A stretch of DNA of 64,000 bases from Dehalococcoidia bacterium (GCA_041481535.1 JBGPBZ010000001.1:1065-65064); one strand, 5' to 3'. Counted from the first letter of the stretch, positions 17,057-26,353 are shown. Notes: generated by a model not told the origin, from the letters alone. Numbers and translations are program-made.

Positions 17057-18322
17057 CTAGTCTTCGTAGCGCTTGTAGACGAGGCAGGCGTTCTGGCCGC
17101 CGAAGCCAAAGCTGTTCTTCAGCACGACTTTGACGTCCGTCTGGCGCTTTTCGTTCGGCACGTAGTCGAGGTCACAGTCGGGGTCCGGGTGCTCGAGGTT
17201 GATCGTTGGGTGGATCCAGCCTGTGCGGATTGTCTGGATGACGGCGATCGACTCGATGGCGCCGGCGGCTCCGAAAGAGTGGCCGATCATCGACTTGGTG
17301 GAGCTGATTGGGACCTTGTAGGCGTCCTCGCCGAAGAGCTTCTTGATCGCCGTGGTCTCCGACTTGTCGTTGAGTTCCGTTGAGGTGCCGTGGGCGTTGA
17401 TGTAGTCGATGTCCGTCGTCTCGACGCCGGCGTCACGGAGCGCCTCGGCCATCGCGCGGCGGGCCCCGTCGCCGTCTTCGCGCGGGGCGACGACGTGGTA
17501 GGCGTCGTTGCAGGCGCCGTAGCCGGAGATCTCGGCCAGGATCGGGGCGTTGCGTGCCTTCGCGTGCACAAGGTTCTCGAGCACGAGGATGCCAGCCGCC
17601 TCACCGGCGACGAAGCCATCGCGCTTGGCGTCGAAGGGGCGGCTCACCTTCTCGGGCGGGACGTCGTTGTTGGTGGAAAGCGCGCGGATCACGGCGAACC
17701 CGCAGAGGCCGACTTCGGTGAGCGCAGCCTCCGTGCCGCCGGTGATGACGGCGTCGACGCGACCGGAGCGGACGAGGTCGAGTGCGTCGCCGATCGCCTG
17801 GGTGCCGGCAGCGCAGGCGGTGATGACGGTGTTGTTGTAGCCGCGCGCGCCGAACTGCAGCGCGATGTGCGCAGCCGCCATGTTCGGAAGCATCTTGGGG
17901 AAGTAGAAGGGGTCGATCTTCATGCCGCCGCGGGTGTCGAGGGTGCGAACGGCTGCCTGTGACTCCTGCAGCCCACCGATTCCGTTGCCGATGAGCACGC
18001 CGACGCGATCACGATTGACCGTGTCCATATCGAGCTCTGCGTGCGTGAGCGCCTGCTTCGTCGCCGCGATGGCGAACTGGCTGAAGCGGCCCATACGGCG
18101 GGCGTCACGGCGGTCCATGTACTGCTCCGGGTCGAAGTCCTTGATTTCGCCGGCGACGTGCACGGGATACGACGAGTGGTCGAACGATTCGAGGATGCTG
18201 ATGCCCGACTTGCCTTCGAGGGCGCTCTCCCAGAACTTCTCGACGGTCAGGCCGATCGGTGAGATCGCGCCCATGCCGGTTACTACGACCCGCGTGCCGT
18301 TCCTGCCGTTACCAGCGGCCAT
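17057..18322 (-). CDS. fabF: 3-oxoacyl-ACP synthase II
   Basis: The active-site Cys is in TACAAGT, with HxxxT/HGTST and the GHSFGAAG family signatures. The protein is 421 aa. Confidence 0.9.
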   Translation of the reverse strand: MAAGNGRNGTRVVVTGMGAISPIGLTVEKFWESALEGKSGISILESFDHSSYPVHVAGEIKDFDPEQYMDRRDARRMGRFSQFAIAATKQALTHAELDMDTVNRDRVGVLIGNGIGGLQESQAAVRTLDTRGGMKIDPFYFPKMLPNMAAAHIALQFGARGYNNTVITACAAGTQAIGDALDLVRSGRVDAVITGGTEAALTEVGLCGFAVIRALSTNNDVPPEKVSRPFDAKRDGFVAGEAAGILVLENLVHAKARNAPILAEISGYGACNDAYHVVAPREDGDGARRAMAEALRDAGVETTDIDYINAHGTSTELNDKSETTAIKKLFGEDAYKVPISSTKSMIGHSFGAAGAIESIAVIQTIRTGWIHPTINLEHPDPDCDLDYVPNEKRQTDVKVVLKNSFGFGGQNACLVYKRYED

Positions 18323-19714
18323 TCAATCCTCCAGTGAAAACGAGGCCCTCGCAAAGTACTCGCGCGCTTCTGCAGCCACGAAGAGAGACCCTGCAAGACA
18401 TATTAACCCGCCTTCAATGTTAGCCGCCAACGCGAGGTCTATCGCCTCAGATACGGATTTGGCTTCTTCCACATTCACGCCCGCAGTCCGGAAAGCCTTG
18501 GCCACGCGCGCCGGTTCCATCGCCCGCGGGTGCTTCGAACGCGTCGCGATGACGCGCCCGGCTATGGGTGCAAGCTCTTCGACGAGGCCGACGACATCTT
18601 TGTCCCCGCCGGCGCCGATGATGAACGTCACGCTCGTTGCGGCGAAGTATTCGACCAGCGCCTCCCGCAAGCGGCGGGCGGAGTCGGCGTTGTGCGCACC
18701 GTCTGCGATGACAAGCGGCTCCTCGCACAGCACTTCGACGCGACCGGGCCAGCGCACGGACTCGAGGCCGCGGACGATCGCGTCGTCCGGGACGCCGAGG
18801 GATCGAGTGGCTGCGACGGCGGTGGCGGCGTTTTCCGCCTGGTGGCGGCCGAGGAGCGGGAGGCGTGCTTCGAGGCGAGCACCACCGCGCCCCCCGGTCA
18901 GGCTAAGAGCCTGACCCCCAGGGATGATGGGACCGTCGATCTGGACTGTCTGGCCTCGCGCGTCGTGCTCAACGACAGACCAGCGGTAGTCCGCCGCGAC
19001 GTCGACAAGGCAAGCGTTCGCGCTGGCTGCGAAGGAGCGCACGACGGCGGCGGCTTCGCCGTACGGCTGCGGGGCGAGCACGGCGACGCAGCCCGGCGTG
19101 ATGATCGCCGCCTTTTCCGCGGCGATCTGCTCGATCCGCTCGCCGAGGACGGCGGTGTGTTCGAACGACAGGGGTGTGATCACGGCGACTTCCTTCGATT
19201 CGAAGACGTTGGTCTGGTCGACGCGGCCTCCGAGGCCGACTTCGATCACCTGCGTTTGGACGCCAGCCTCTCGGAAGGCGAGGAAGCCAAGGGCGGTCAG
19301 GAGATCGAATGTGACGAGCGCGGTGTTGCCGTCGGCCCGCTCGGCTTCGATGGCGGCGCGCATTTCATCGACGAGCCGCGCGAAGGTGTCGCGGGAGATG
19401 GGTTCGCCGTTGAGGGCGATGCGTTCGGTGAAGTCGTGGAGGTGGGGGCTCGTGTAGAGGCCGGTGGTCTGGCCGGACGCGCGGAGGATCGACTCGACCA
19501 TCGCCGAGACGCTGCCCTTGCCCTTGGAGCCAGCGACGTGCACGGTCCTGCGGCCGAGGTGTGGGTCACCCAGGCGGTGCAGGAGCGAGAGCATCGGGGC
19601 GACGTCCGGCCGCTCCTGGAAATGGCCGGTACGCTCGAAATCGGCGAAAGAGAGGAGGTATTCGATGGCGGCGTCGTAGTCCACGGGGCAATTGTACGGG
19701 GGGCTGACGTTCAC
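18323..19714 (-). CDS. folC: Bifunctional folylpolyglutamate synthase / dihydrofolate synthase
   Basis: Mur-ligase P-loop GSKGKGS. The protein is 463 aa. Its stop is adjacent to the fabF start. Confidence 0.85.
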   Translation of the reverse strand: MNVSPPYNCPVDYDAAIEYLLSFADFERTGHFQERPDVAPMLSLLHRLGDPHLGRRTVHVAGSKGKGSVSAMVESILRASGQTTGLYTSPHLHDFTERIALNGEPISRDTFARLVDEMRAAIEAERADGNTALVTFDLLTALGFLAFREAGVQTQVIEVGLGGRVDQTNVFESKEVAVITPLSFEHTAVLGERIEQIAAEKAAIITPGCVAVLAPQPYGEAAAVVRSFAASANACLVDVAADYRWSVVEHDARGQTVQIDGPIIPGGQALSLTGGRGGARLEARLPLLGRHQAENAATAVAATRSLGVPDDAIVRGLESVRWPGRVEVLCEEPLVIADGAHNADSARRLREALVEYFAATSVTFIIGAGGDKDVVGLVEELAPIAGRVIATRSKHPRAMEPARVAKAFRTAGVNVEEAKSVSEAIDLALAANIEGGLICLAGSLFVAAEAREYFARASFSLED

Positions 19715-19870
19715 GGGGCACAGCTCAGCCCGTTCGCCGCCTTAACGGAAGTTTTCCACATACTAGGCCCGTTTTCAGCGGCGCACATCCGGCGGGCACT
19801 GTAAGTTTGTTGACAGCAAACGCCGCGCGGTTCGACGCCAGAACCGCCCAAGACACACCGGGAGGCTACT

Positions 19871-20332
19871 ATGGCCACTTCCAGCCGCGAAACGGCCCGC
19901 GAATCGGCCACTGACAGAGTGTTCGACTACTTTCTCGAGCGGCAGACGGCTCTCTTCGAGGCCATCCGCGCCTCGACGGACCGAACCAACCGCTTCAACA
20001 ACAGCCTGATCGATGGGGCACGGCAGTCGTCGCAGGACTGGGTTGAGGTGGGCCGGCGCTGGCTCGACAAGCCGTCGGACCTGATCAGCCTCTGGGAAGG
20101 CGCGTCCGAGGCGTGGGGCAACGCCCAGCAGCGGAACCTGTCTCTTGTCCGCGAGTTCATCGAGAACAGCGTCGAAATGCAGCGCGAGAACTCGGAGGCG
20201 ATCCGCCGCGGCATCGGCGACGTCCGCGAGGTGGTCGAGCGCGCGCAGGCGAACGCCCCGCAGTTCCTCCGCCGCGGCTGGCGCCGTGCCGAAAACGGCG
20301 CAGAAGAACGGACGGCGGCAACAGAGGCGTAG
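19871..20332 (+). CDS. Hypothetical protein (helical; phasin-like composition)
   Basis: A strong RBS (GGGAGG, 6-nt spacer) precedes the ATG. The gene is followed by an intrinsic-terminator-like hairpin. Confidence 0.5.
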   Translation: MATSSRETARESATDRVFDYFLERQTALFEAIRASTDRTNRFNNSLIDGARQSSQDWVEVGRRWLDKPSDLISLWEGASEAWGNAQQRNLSLVREFIENSVEMQRENSEAIRRGIGDVREVVERAQANAPQFLRRGWRRAENGAEERTAATEA

Positions 20333-20382
20333 GCACGCACCCGGGCACATTCGTTTTCCCCGCAAAGCGAATCGCGTAAACG

Positions 20383-20414
20383 AAGCCGAGGCCATAAAGC
20401 CTCGGCTTCTTGTT
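20383..20414. terminator. Bidirectional intrinsic-terminator-like hairpin between convergent genes
   Basis: The stem is AAGCCGAGGC / GCCTCGGCTT (10 bp) with a 6-nt loop, followed by CTTGTT on the plus strand. Confidence 0.5.
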
Positions 20415-20420
20415 GCCAGC

Positions 20421-20440
20421 GGGTCGTTTGCGAACGACCC
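20421..20440. repeat. Palindromic element GGGTCGTT-TGCG-AACGACCC (copy 1; copy 2 at 37447-37467)
   Basis: An 8-bp stem and 4-nt loop that overlaps the agmatinase stop codon. A near-identical sequence follows the radical-SAM stop at 37447. Confidence 0.5.
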
Positions 20441-21321
20441 TACTCCCGCAGCGCCAACCCAATCAGGCGGTACGCCAGCTTCGCGGCCAGCTGGGCGTTG
20501 GCCTTGGGGCCCAGCGCGGGCGTTAGTTCCGTGACGTCGAAGCCGACGATGCGGCGGCTATGGGCAACGGTGGCGAGCAGCTCCGAGACTTCGTCCCAGT
20601 GCAGACCACCGGGCTCGGGCGTGCCGACGGCGGACATCACGGAAGAGTCGAAGGCGTCGAGGTCGAAGGTGATGTAGACGTTCTCGGATAGCTGGTCGGC
20701 GATGCCCTGCGGGCCGAGGGCGCGGTATTCGGCGGGCTGGTAGAACGGGAGGCCGGCCTCCTTGAGCTCGTTGTGCTCTTCTTTTTCGGCGCTGCGCAGG
20801 CCGACCTGGACGATCCGCCCCGGGCGGACCACCTCGGAGATCCGGCGCAGGGTGCAGGCGTGGTTGTACGGCGAATCGAGGTAGGAGTCTTGGAAGTCGG
20901 CGTTCGCGTCGAAGGCGAGCACGGAGAGGCCGGGGATGCGCTTGGCGTGGGCGCGAGCTGAACCAATGGCGACGGTGTGCTCGCCGCCGAGGGTGACGAC
21001 GAACTTGCCGGCGTCGATCTGCTCGCCGGCGACCTCTTCGATGCGGTTGACCATCGCCTCGGGGCCGCCGGTGTGCACGGCGAGCTCCGGCAGCGTGTGT
21101 ATCCCGAAGCGGTACGGCTCCAGGCCGATGCCGATGTCGTACAGCTCCATGTTCCCGGACGCCTCAATAATCGCCCACGGCCCTTCACGAGAGCCGACCC
21201 AGCCGGACGCGGTGCTGTCGTACGGCACGGGCAGCACTACGACGCGGGCCCGGTCGTAGTTCGAGTAATCGTCCTCGATCCAGGCGAAGTTGCGTCGGGG
21301 AGTGAAGCGATCGTCGGCCAT
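20440..21321 (-). CDS. speB: Agmatinase (arginase/ureohydrolase family)
   Basis: Mn-binding motifs GGEHTV, DANADF and SFDLDAFD. Confidence 0.85.
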   Translation of the reverse strand: MADDRFTPRRNFAWIEDDYSNYDRARVVVLPVPYDSTASGWVGSREGPWAIIEASGNMELYDIGIGLEPYRFGIHTLPELAVHTGGPEAMVNRIEEVAGEQIDAGKFVVTLGGEHTVAIGSARAHAKRIPGLSVLAFDANADFQDSYLDSPYNHACTLRRISEVVRPGRIVQVGLRSAEKEEHNELKEAGLPFYQPAEYRALGPQGIADQLSENVYITFDLDAFDSSVMSAVGTPEPGGLHWDEVSELLATVAHSRRIVGFDVTELTPALGPKANAQLAAKLAYRLIGLALRE

Positions 21322-21426
21322 AGTTAAAGGGTCAGGGGTTAGCGGTCAGGGGTCAAGGGCAAGATTCGGGCGGGCGCCATGAGGCCCACGGCCCGCCGGA
21401 GCGAGCCGTGGGCCCTGGGTTTGAAG

Positions 21427-21834
21427 CTAGACCGCGGCGGCCGCGGCCTTCTTGAGCGTGGCCGGATCGGGCGCCGGCCCGGTGAAAGGCTCCAGGTTGC
21501 GCGGCAGGCTCTGGACGTCCATCTGTCGTAGCGAGAACCTCTTCTTGATCGCGTCCAAAACGGGCGTCGCGTCGAAATCCTTGCATGAAAAGACGTCGGC
21601 CCAGATCAGGCGCCGCTCCGGGAACGTGTGCATCGAGATGTGACTCTCGGCGATCATCACGAACCCCGAAACGCCCCAGTCTTCTGGTTTGCTGCCGACG
21701 TATCGAAGAACCTTGGGCTGCGTGATCTTGGACATCCCCATGAGTTCGGGGACCTCGTCCAGGATCACGCGAACCACATTTTCATCGGAAAGCTGGTCCG
21801 GATCACCTCCGTAGCCGTCGATGATGACATGCAT
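21427..21834 (-). CDS. speH: S-adenosylmethionine decarboxylase proenzyme (small bacterial/archaeal SpeH type)
   Basis: N-terminal MHVIIDGYG and the AESHISMHTFPE cleavage/pyruvoyl site. AAGGAGGG lies 6 nt upstream of the ATG at 21834. The ORF-track extension to 21939 is unlikely. Confidence 0.8.
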   Translation of the reverse strand: MHVIIDGYGGDPDQLSDENVVRVILDEVPELMGMSKITQPKVLRYVGSKPEDWGVSGFVMIAESHISMHTFPERRLIWADVFSCKDFDATPVLDAIKKRFSLRQMDVQSLPRNLEPFTGPAPDPATLKKAAAAAV

Positions 21835-22174
21835 CGCAATCCCTCCTTGCGGAAACTGGTGGCCACCTTCGCGATTGCGCGCCGATGACCGCAAGAGAGA
21901 CCCCGCCCCCGCCTCCCGGCGAGAACGGTATATGGTCAATTTACAAGGACGAATGTTAACAGTCGGGGGTCAGCCCAGCAAAGGTTATCTCGAACAAATC
22001 TGGGCCAAATCGGGCTAATGCAGAATGAGAGCGTTTATTCTCTGGCCCGTAGCGTGAATTCTCTTCCGTTCTCTGGTTAAATCGGGTTTTCTCGGGTCAT
22101 GCGAGACCCGTTATGGCGCACGTAAACTTTGCACACCGCGCACGATCGCCGACGCCGGCGAATCGATATTTGAG

Positions 22175-22282
22175 CTAGGCGCTGGCAGTGGCCAGGAAGC
22201 CCAAACAGCCGGCGAAGCATGAGACGACGATCAGAATGCCTGTCGCCCCTTCGCGCCCCTTCATCGCTATCGCCTTCAACAT
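22175..22282 (-). CDS. Candidate small hydrophobic peptide (35 aa, MLKAIAMKGREGATGILIVVSCFAGCLGFLATASA)
   Basis: The ATG is preceded by GGAGAGGAGCGGGGGG. One predicted TM helix. It lies in a roughly 600-bp ORF-poor, AT-richer region. Confidence 0.25.
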   Translation of the reverse strand: MLKAIAMKGREGATGILIVVSCFAGCLGFLATASA

Positions 22283-22421
22283 GTCCCCCCGCTCCTCTCC
22301 GCTGGTCCTCAGGTCTTTCGTTGCACCCCTGCGCCATGATTGTCCCGCGCGCAGGTGAACAGCGAGGTTAACCGGATGGGAACGGGGGTAAAGATGCGGT
22401 AAACAGTAGGTAGCGGGCGGG

Positions 22422-22464
22422 ACTGTCAACGAATGGCCTTCCGCGGAACGAATTAACGAATGCG
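22422..22464. repeat. Third copy of the CTGTCAACGAATGG..GAACGAATTAACGAATG element
   Basis: Reads ACTGTCAACGAATGGCCTTCCGCGGAACGAATTAACGAATGCG and abuts the holB stop codon. Compare 12753-12840. Confidence 0.5.
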
Positions 22465-23481
22465 TTAGCGCAAGAGAGAGGCTTGTGCTGCTGGAGCGGC
22501 GAGCATGAGGGCGTCGAGGGCGATGCGGGACTGCACGTTCTCAACGAGGTAGGTGCGCGTCTCGATGATCGTCTGCAGGAACGAGGCGACCTCAGCGCGA
22601 GAGTGCTCGGCTGCGTCTTCGCGTAGCTCCTCGTCGCGGTCCAGGTTAGCGATGCGGTCGGCGGCGCCGGACTGTGCGAGGAGGACATCGCGCCACCAGG
22701 CCGCCCATTCGTCAAGCTGGCGGAGGACGGCGTCGCGGTCTCGCTTGAAGGCGTCGGAGAGCTTCTCGGCGAGGTCCATGCGATCGGCGACGGGGAGCCT
22801 GGCCAGGGACCGCGCCGTGTCCAGCACATCGCGCCGGCGTTCGAGGACTTTCGGGTCGTTGAGGGCGTCGATCGCCCAGCCAGGGCGGCCACCCGAGAGA
22901 CGAGCGAGGAGGCGCGCATTGTCTGCGGTTGCGCCGCGGTCACGGAGGGCCGCCTCGATGTCGTCGGCAGCGACGAGGCCGAAGTCGATGCGGGCGCAGC
23001 GGGAACGGATCGTCTCGAGAAGCTTCTCGGAGTCGCTGGCGATGAGGACGAACGCGACGTGCGGCGGCGGCTCTTCCAGCGTCTTCAGGAAGGCGTTCTG
23101 CGCGCCGTCGGACATCTCCTCGCTCGGGTCGATGACAACGACTCTGGTACGGCCCTCGTAGGGGTTGAGAGAGGTGGCTTGCTGTACGTCGCGCATCTGC
23201 TCGACGCTTATCGCCTTGCGGGCTGGGCCATCGTCAGCCTCGACGCTGACGGTGAAGACATCGGAGTGGATGCCGTTTTCGATACGGCGGCACTGGTTGC
23301 ACTCGCCGCAGGGCGGATCGCCTCCGGTGCAGTTGAGGGCCTGGGCGAGGCGCATGGCGGTAGTGGCGCGACCGGTGTGCTCGGGGCCGAAGAAGAGATA
23401 GGCGTGGGCCGGGGAGCCGCTCGCGACGGCTGCCTGGAGAGCGCTGATGGCCCGTTCGTTACCGGCGATGCGCCAGGGCAT
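22465..23481 (-). CDS. holB: DNA polymerase III delta-prime subunit
   Basis: AAA+ P-loop region GPEHTGRATTA, a zinc module CGECNQC, and the SRC sensor motif (IRSRCARI). Confidence 0.8.
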   Translation of the reverse strand: MPWRIAGNERAISALQAAVASGSPAHAYLFFGPEHTGRATTAMRLAQALNCTGGDPPCGECNQCRRIENGIHSDVFTVSVEADDGPARKAISVEQMRDVQQATSLNPYEGRTRVVVIDPSEEMSDGAQNAFLKTLEEPPPHVAFVLIASDSEKLLETIRSRCARIDFGLVAADDIEAALRDRGATADNARLLARLSGGRPGWAIDALNDPKVLERRRDVLDTARSLARLPVADRMDLAEKLSDAFKRDRDAVLRQLDEWAAWWRDVLLAQSGAADRIANLDRDEELREDAAEHSRAEVASFLQTIIETRTYLVENVQSRIALDALMLAAPAAQASLLR

Positions 23482-23786
23482 CAGATCGCGCTTCCTTCGA
23501 TGAGGAGGACGCGTTCGACGGATTCGTCTTTCAGCGGGAGGTGCTTCTGACGTTCTTCATCCGCGGCATAGGCCTCGAAGTCCTGGCGCGATTCGAACGT
23601 GATCAGGTGGACTTCGTACGGCTGGCCGAGGGTCGTCGTGATAACGGCATCGCGGCCGGCTCGGGCCCGGTACAGGAGTTCGCCGTTGTATTTCGCGAGC
23701 AGCGGGAGCACATGGTCTTCGAAGCTGTGGAACGCATCTTCTTTGCCCTCGCGGAGGAAGATTAGCTGGGTGTAGTAGACGGTCAC
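23481..23786 (-). CDS. DUF1330-like small protein
   Basis: A 101-aa ORF whose start overlaps the upstream gene's stop and whose stop overlaps the holB start. The domain call is tentative. Confidence 0.45.
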   Translation of the reverse strand: MTVYYTQLIFLREGKEDAFHSFEDHVLPLLAKYNGELLYRARAGRDAVITTTLGQPYEVHLITFESRQDFEAYAADEERQKHLPLKDESVERVLLIEGSAI

Positions 23787-24229
23787 CGGAGGCTCTTGGG
23801 GTAGCGCTTGACGAAGTCGAAGATGCGATAGCCGGTTGGGCGCACGCGGATGCGCACCTGGCGCTTCACTCGCGGCAGGAGTTGGCCGAGGTAGGCGTCA
23901 GCGGCAGCGCCGAGGTAACGCTGAACGATGGGACGGTACTCAGCGGCCATGCCTTCAACGGGCTCGAGCGCGGCGTCGCCGTCGACGAGCAGGACGTTGT
24001 ACGGCGGCGTCGCGGAGTCGATCGTCAGCGCGACAGCGGGGTTCTTCGCGAGGGCGCGCGCCTTCTCGGCTTTGGGGCCGGTGACCATGATGATGTCTCC
24101 GTCGATGTGGGCGAACCAGATCGGCACGACGCGCGGGCGGCCGTCGAGGCCGATATAGGCGAGACGGGCGAGGTTGGGTTCTTCGAGGAGCTTACGGACG
24201 ACGGGGTCGTCGAGGGGGAGCGCACTCAC
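23783..24229 (-). CDS. Pyridoxamine 5'-phosphate oxidase family / F420-dependent PPOX-class protein
   Basis: LARLAYIGLDGRPRVVPIWF is the split-barrel PNPOx-like N-terminal signature. The protein is 148 aa. Confidence 0.7.
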   Translation of the reverse strand: MSALPLDDPVVRKLLEEPNLARLAYIGLDGRPRVVPIWFAHIDGDIIMVTGPKAEKARALAKNPAVALTIDSATPPYNVLLVDGDAALEPVEGMAAEYRPIVQRYLGAAADAYLGQLLPRVKRQVRIRVRPTGYRIFDFVKRYPKSLR

Positions 24230-24605
24230 GCGCCGAGGATAGCACGTGGCCTTGCCTTCAGCACTCAGCTGTCAGCAGTCAGCGCTTCGCTTGCGTATCG
24301 ACGGCCTGATCGCTGTTGATGGCCGGTGGCTGAGAGCTGACTGCTGAAGGCTGGTCGCTACTCGCGCCGTCTTTGCGCCACTGCTGCTGTAGTTGCAGCG
24401 TCATTGGCTGCTTACGGGTCGTTCCGGTCCCTCGGTTGTGGTTTTGCATGAGCTTGGCCTCGGTGGTTCTGGATTTGGTAACTGGACTCACGATCGTTTT
24501 TACAGGTAGACAAGTGCGGTCGGCGAAACGTTGCGCACCGGTGGACAATAACGGTGTGACATTCGTCACCTTTCGCCGGGAAACCAGCCGCATATACTGA
24601 GGCGC

Positions 24606-25592
24606 GTGACCGCGATCTTTGCCGAGGCGCTCGTCCGCCACTTCCCGCCCGACATCCGCGCCGTCGATGGCATCGATCTCGACATACAGGGCGGCCAGAT
24701 CTTCGCCTTCCTCGGCGCGAACGGGTCGGGGAAGACGACCACTGTCCGCATGCTGACAACGCTCATTCAACCGACGAGCGGGCGCGCAAGCGTGCAAGGC
24801 CTCGACGTCGTGAAGGACGGGCAGCGGGTGCGCGAGCAGATAGGCGTGGCGCTGCAAGAGGCCTCGCTCGATGACCTGCAAACGGGCCGCGAGTTGCTGA
24901 CGCTGCAAGCACGCCTCTACCACGTTCCCTCCCGCGAGGTGACGACGCAGGTCGAGCGGCTGCTGGGGATCGTCGACCTGGAGGACGCGGCCGACCGGCG
25001 TGTGAAGACGTACTCCGGCGGCATGAAGCGGCGGCTGGACCTGGCGGCAGCGCTCGTGCACAGGCCCAAGGTGATCTTCCTCGATGAGCCGACGACCGGG
25101 CTCGATCCGATCAGCCGCGAGGCGATCTGGCGCTACGTCGTCGAGTTGAACAGCGGTGACGGCGTCACGTTTTTCCTGACGACGCAGTACCTGGAGGAGG
25201 CGGACCGCCTGGCGCACGACGTCGCGATCATGGACCGCGGGAAGATCGTCGCGCGGGGATCACCGGAAGAGCTGAAGGCCTCGATCGGCGCGGACAGGAT
25301 CACGGTGCGGGTGCCGGACGACGAGGACGCGCTGCTGAAGAGAGCCGTCGAGGCGCTTAAGTCCGTGAACGGGTTCGAGGACGCGCGGATCTCCGAGGGG
25401 ACGGTCGTGATCTACGTGCGCGATGGGAAGTCGGCCGTCGCGCCGATTGTGCGGGCATTGGACGAGCTGGGGGTGCCGATGGAGGAGATCAGCGTGTCGC
25501 GGCCGACGCTGGACGACGTATTCCTGCGCACGACGGGGCACAAAATGGAGCAGGACGACCTGCTGGGCGCGCCGGCGAGGAGCCAGCTGTGA
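24606..25592 (+). CDS. ABC transporter ATP-binding protein (DrrA-like)
   Basis: Walker A GANGSGKTT, signature SGGMKRRL and Walker B IFLDEPTTGLD. GTG start. Confidence 0.85.
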   Translation: MTAIFAEALVRHFPPDIRAVDGIDLDIQGGQIFAFLGANGSGKTTTVRMLTTLIQPTSGRASVQGLDVVKDGQRVREQIGVALQEASLDDLQTGRELLTLQARLYHVPSREVTTQVERLLGIVDLEDAADRRVKTYSGGMKRRLDLAAALVHRPKVIFLDEPTTGLDPISREAIWRYVVELNSGDGVTFFLTTQYLEEADRLAHDVAIMDRGKIVARGSPEELKASIGADRITVRVPDDEDALLKRAVEALKSVNGFEDARISEGTVVIYVRDGKSAVAPIVRALDELGVPMEEISVSRPTLDDVFLRTTGHKMEQDDLLGAPARSQL

Positions 25593-26353
25593 TCCGGCTG
25601 GCGTATTACACGTTCGTGCTGATGAAGCGGGCGCTGCGCGAGACGATCCGGCAGCCCGGCTTCGAGGCGCAAAACATCTTCATCCCGATCTTCTTCTTCG
25701 CAGTGATTACGGCGGCCATCGGAAACACAGCGGGCCGCGCGTTCGGAGTGGACAACTACACCGGGTTCCAGATGCCGGTGGCGATCCTGCAAGGCATCGC
25801 GGGCGCCGCCAGCGTCTCGTCGTTCGGGATGGTGACAGACATCGAGCGCGGGTACTTCGACAAGCTGCTGCTGACGCCGACGCCTCGGCTGGCGCTCGTG
25901 CTGGGGCGGCTGGCTTCGGACGGGGTGCGCGTGACGCTGCTGACAGCGCTGATCATGACGATCGGTATCATCGCGGGGGCGGGGATGGAGGCGGGCGTGG
26001 GCGGGTTCATCGTCATCTTGCTGCTGGGTGGGATGTTTGGCGTCGCGTACGCGGGTATCGGGCTTTCGATTGCGCTGCGGACGGGGAGCGCGCAGGCGTC
26101 GCAGGCCGGCTTCCTGGTGTTCTTCCCGCTACTGTTCCTTTCGCCCGCCTTCGCGCCCAAGGACAACTTCGAGGGTTGGCTCAAGTTCCTGGCGACGATC
26201 AACCCGGTGACGTACATCCTTGAGGGGATGCGATCGCTGGTGCTGGACGGCTGGGAGTGGGAGAAGCTGGCCTACGCCTCGCTGGCGATCGCCGGGCTGG
26301 GGGCGTTCACGCTGACGCTGACGATGCTGTCGCTGCGCTACCGGATCCGGTAG
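25589..26353 (+). CDS. ABC-2 type transporter permease
   Basis: Six TM helices. Its start overlaps the ATPase gene's stop. Confidence 0.8.
   Translation: MIRLAYYTFVLMKRALRETIRQPGFEAQNIFIPIFFFAVITAAIGNTAGRAFGVDNYTGFQMPVAILQGIAGAASVSSFGMVTDIERGYFDKLLLTPTPRLALVLGRLASDGVRVTLLTALIMTIGIIAGAGMEAGVGGFIVILLLGGMFGVAYAGIGLSIALRTGSAQASQAGFLVFFPLLFLSPAFAPKDNFEGWLKFLATINPVTYILEGMRSLVLDGWEWEKLAYASLAIAGLGAFTLTLTMLSLRYRIR

Noticed and set aside
24373-24600. 75-aa ORF in the ABC transporter leader (MRHCCCSCSVIGC...)
   Set aside because: It has no RBS and an odd composition, and it sits inside a putative regulatory region.
24279-25217. 312-aa minus-strand ORF
   Set aside because: It is antisense to the ABC ATPase gene and its composition is low-complexity Arg/Leu.
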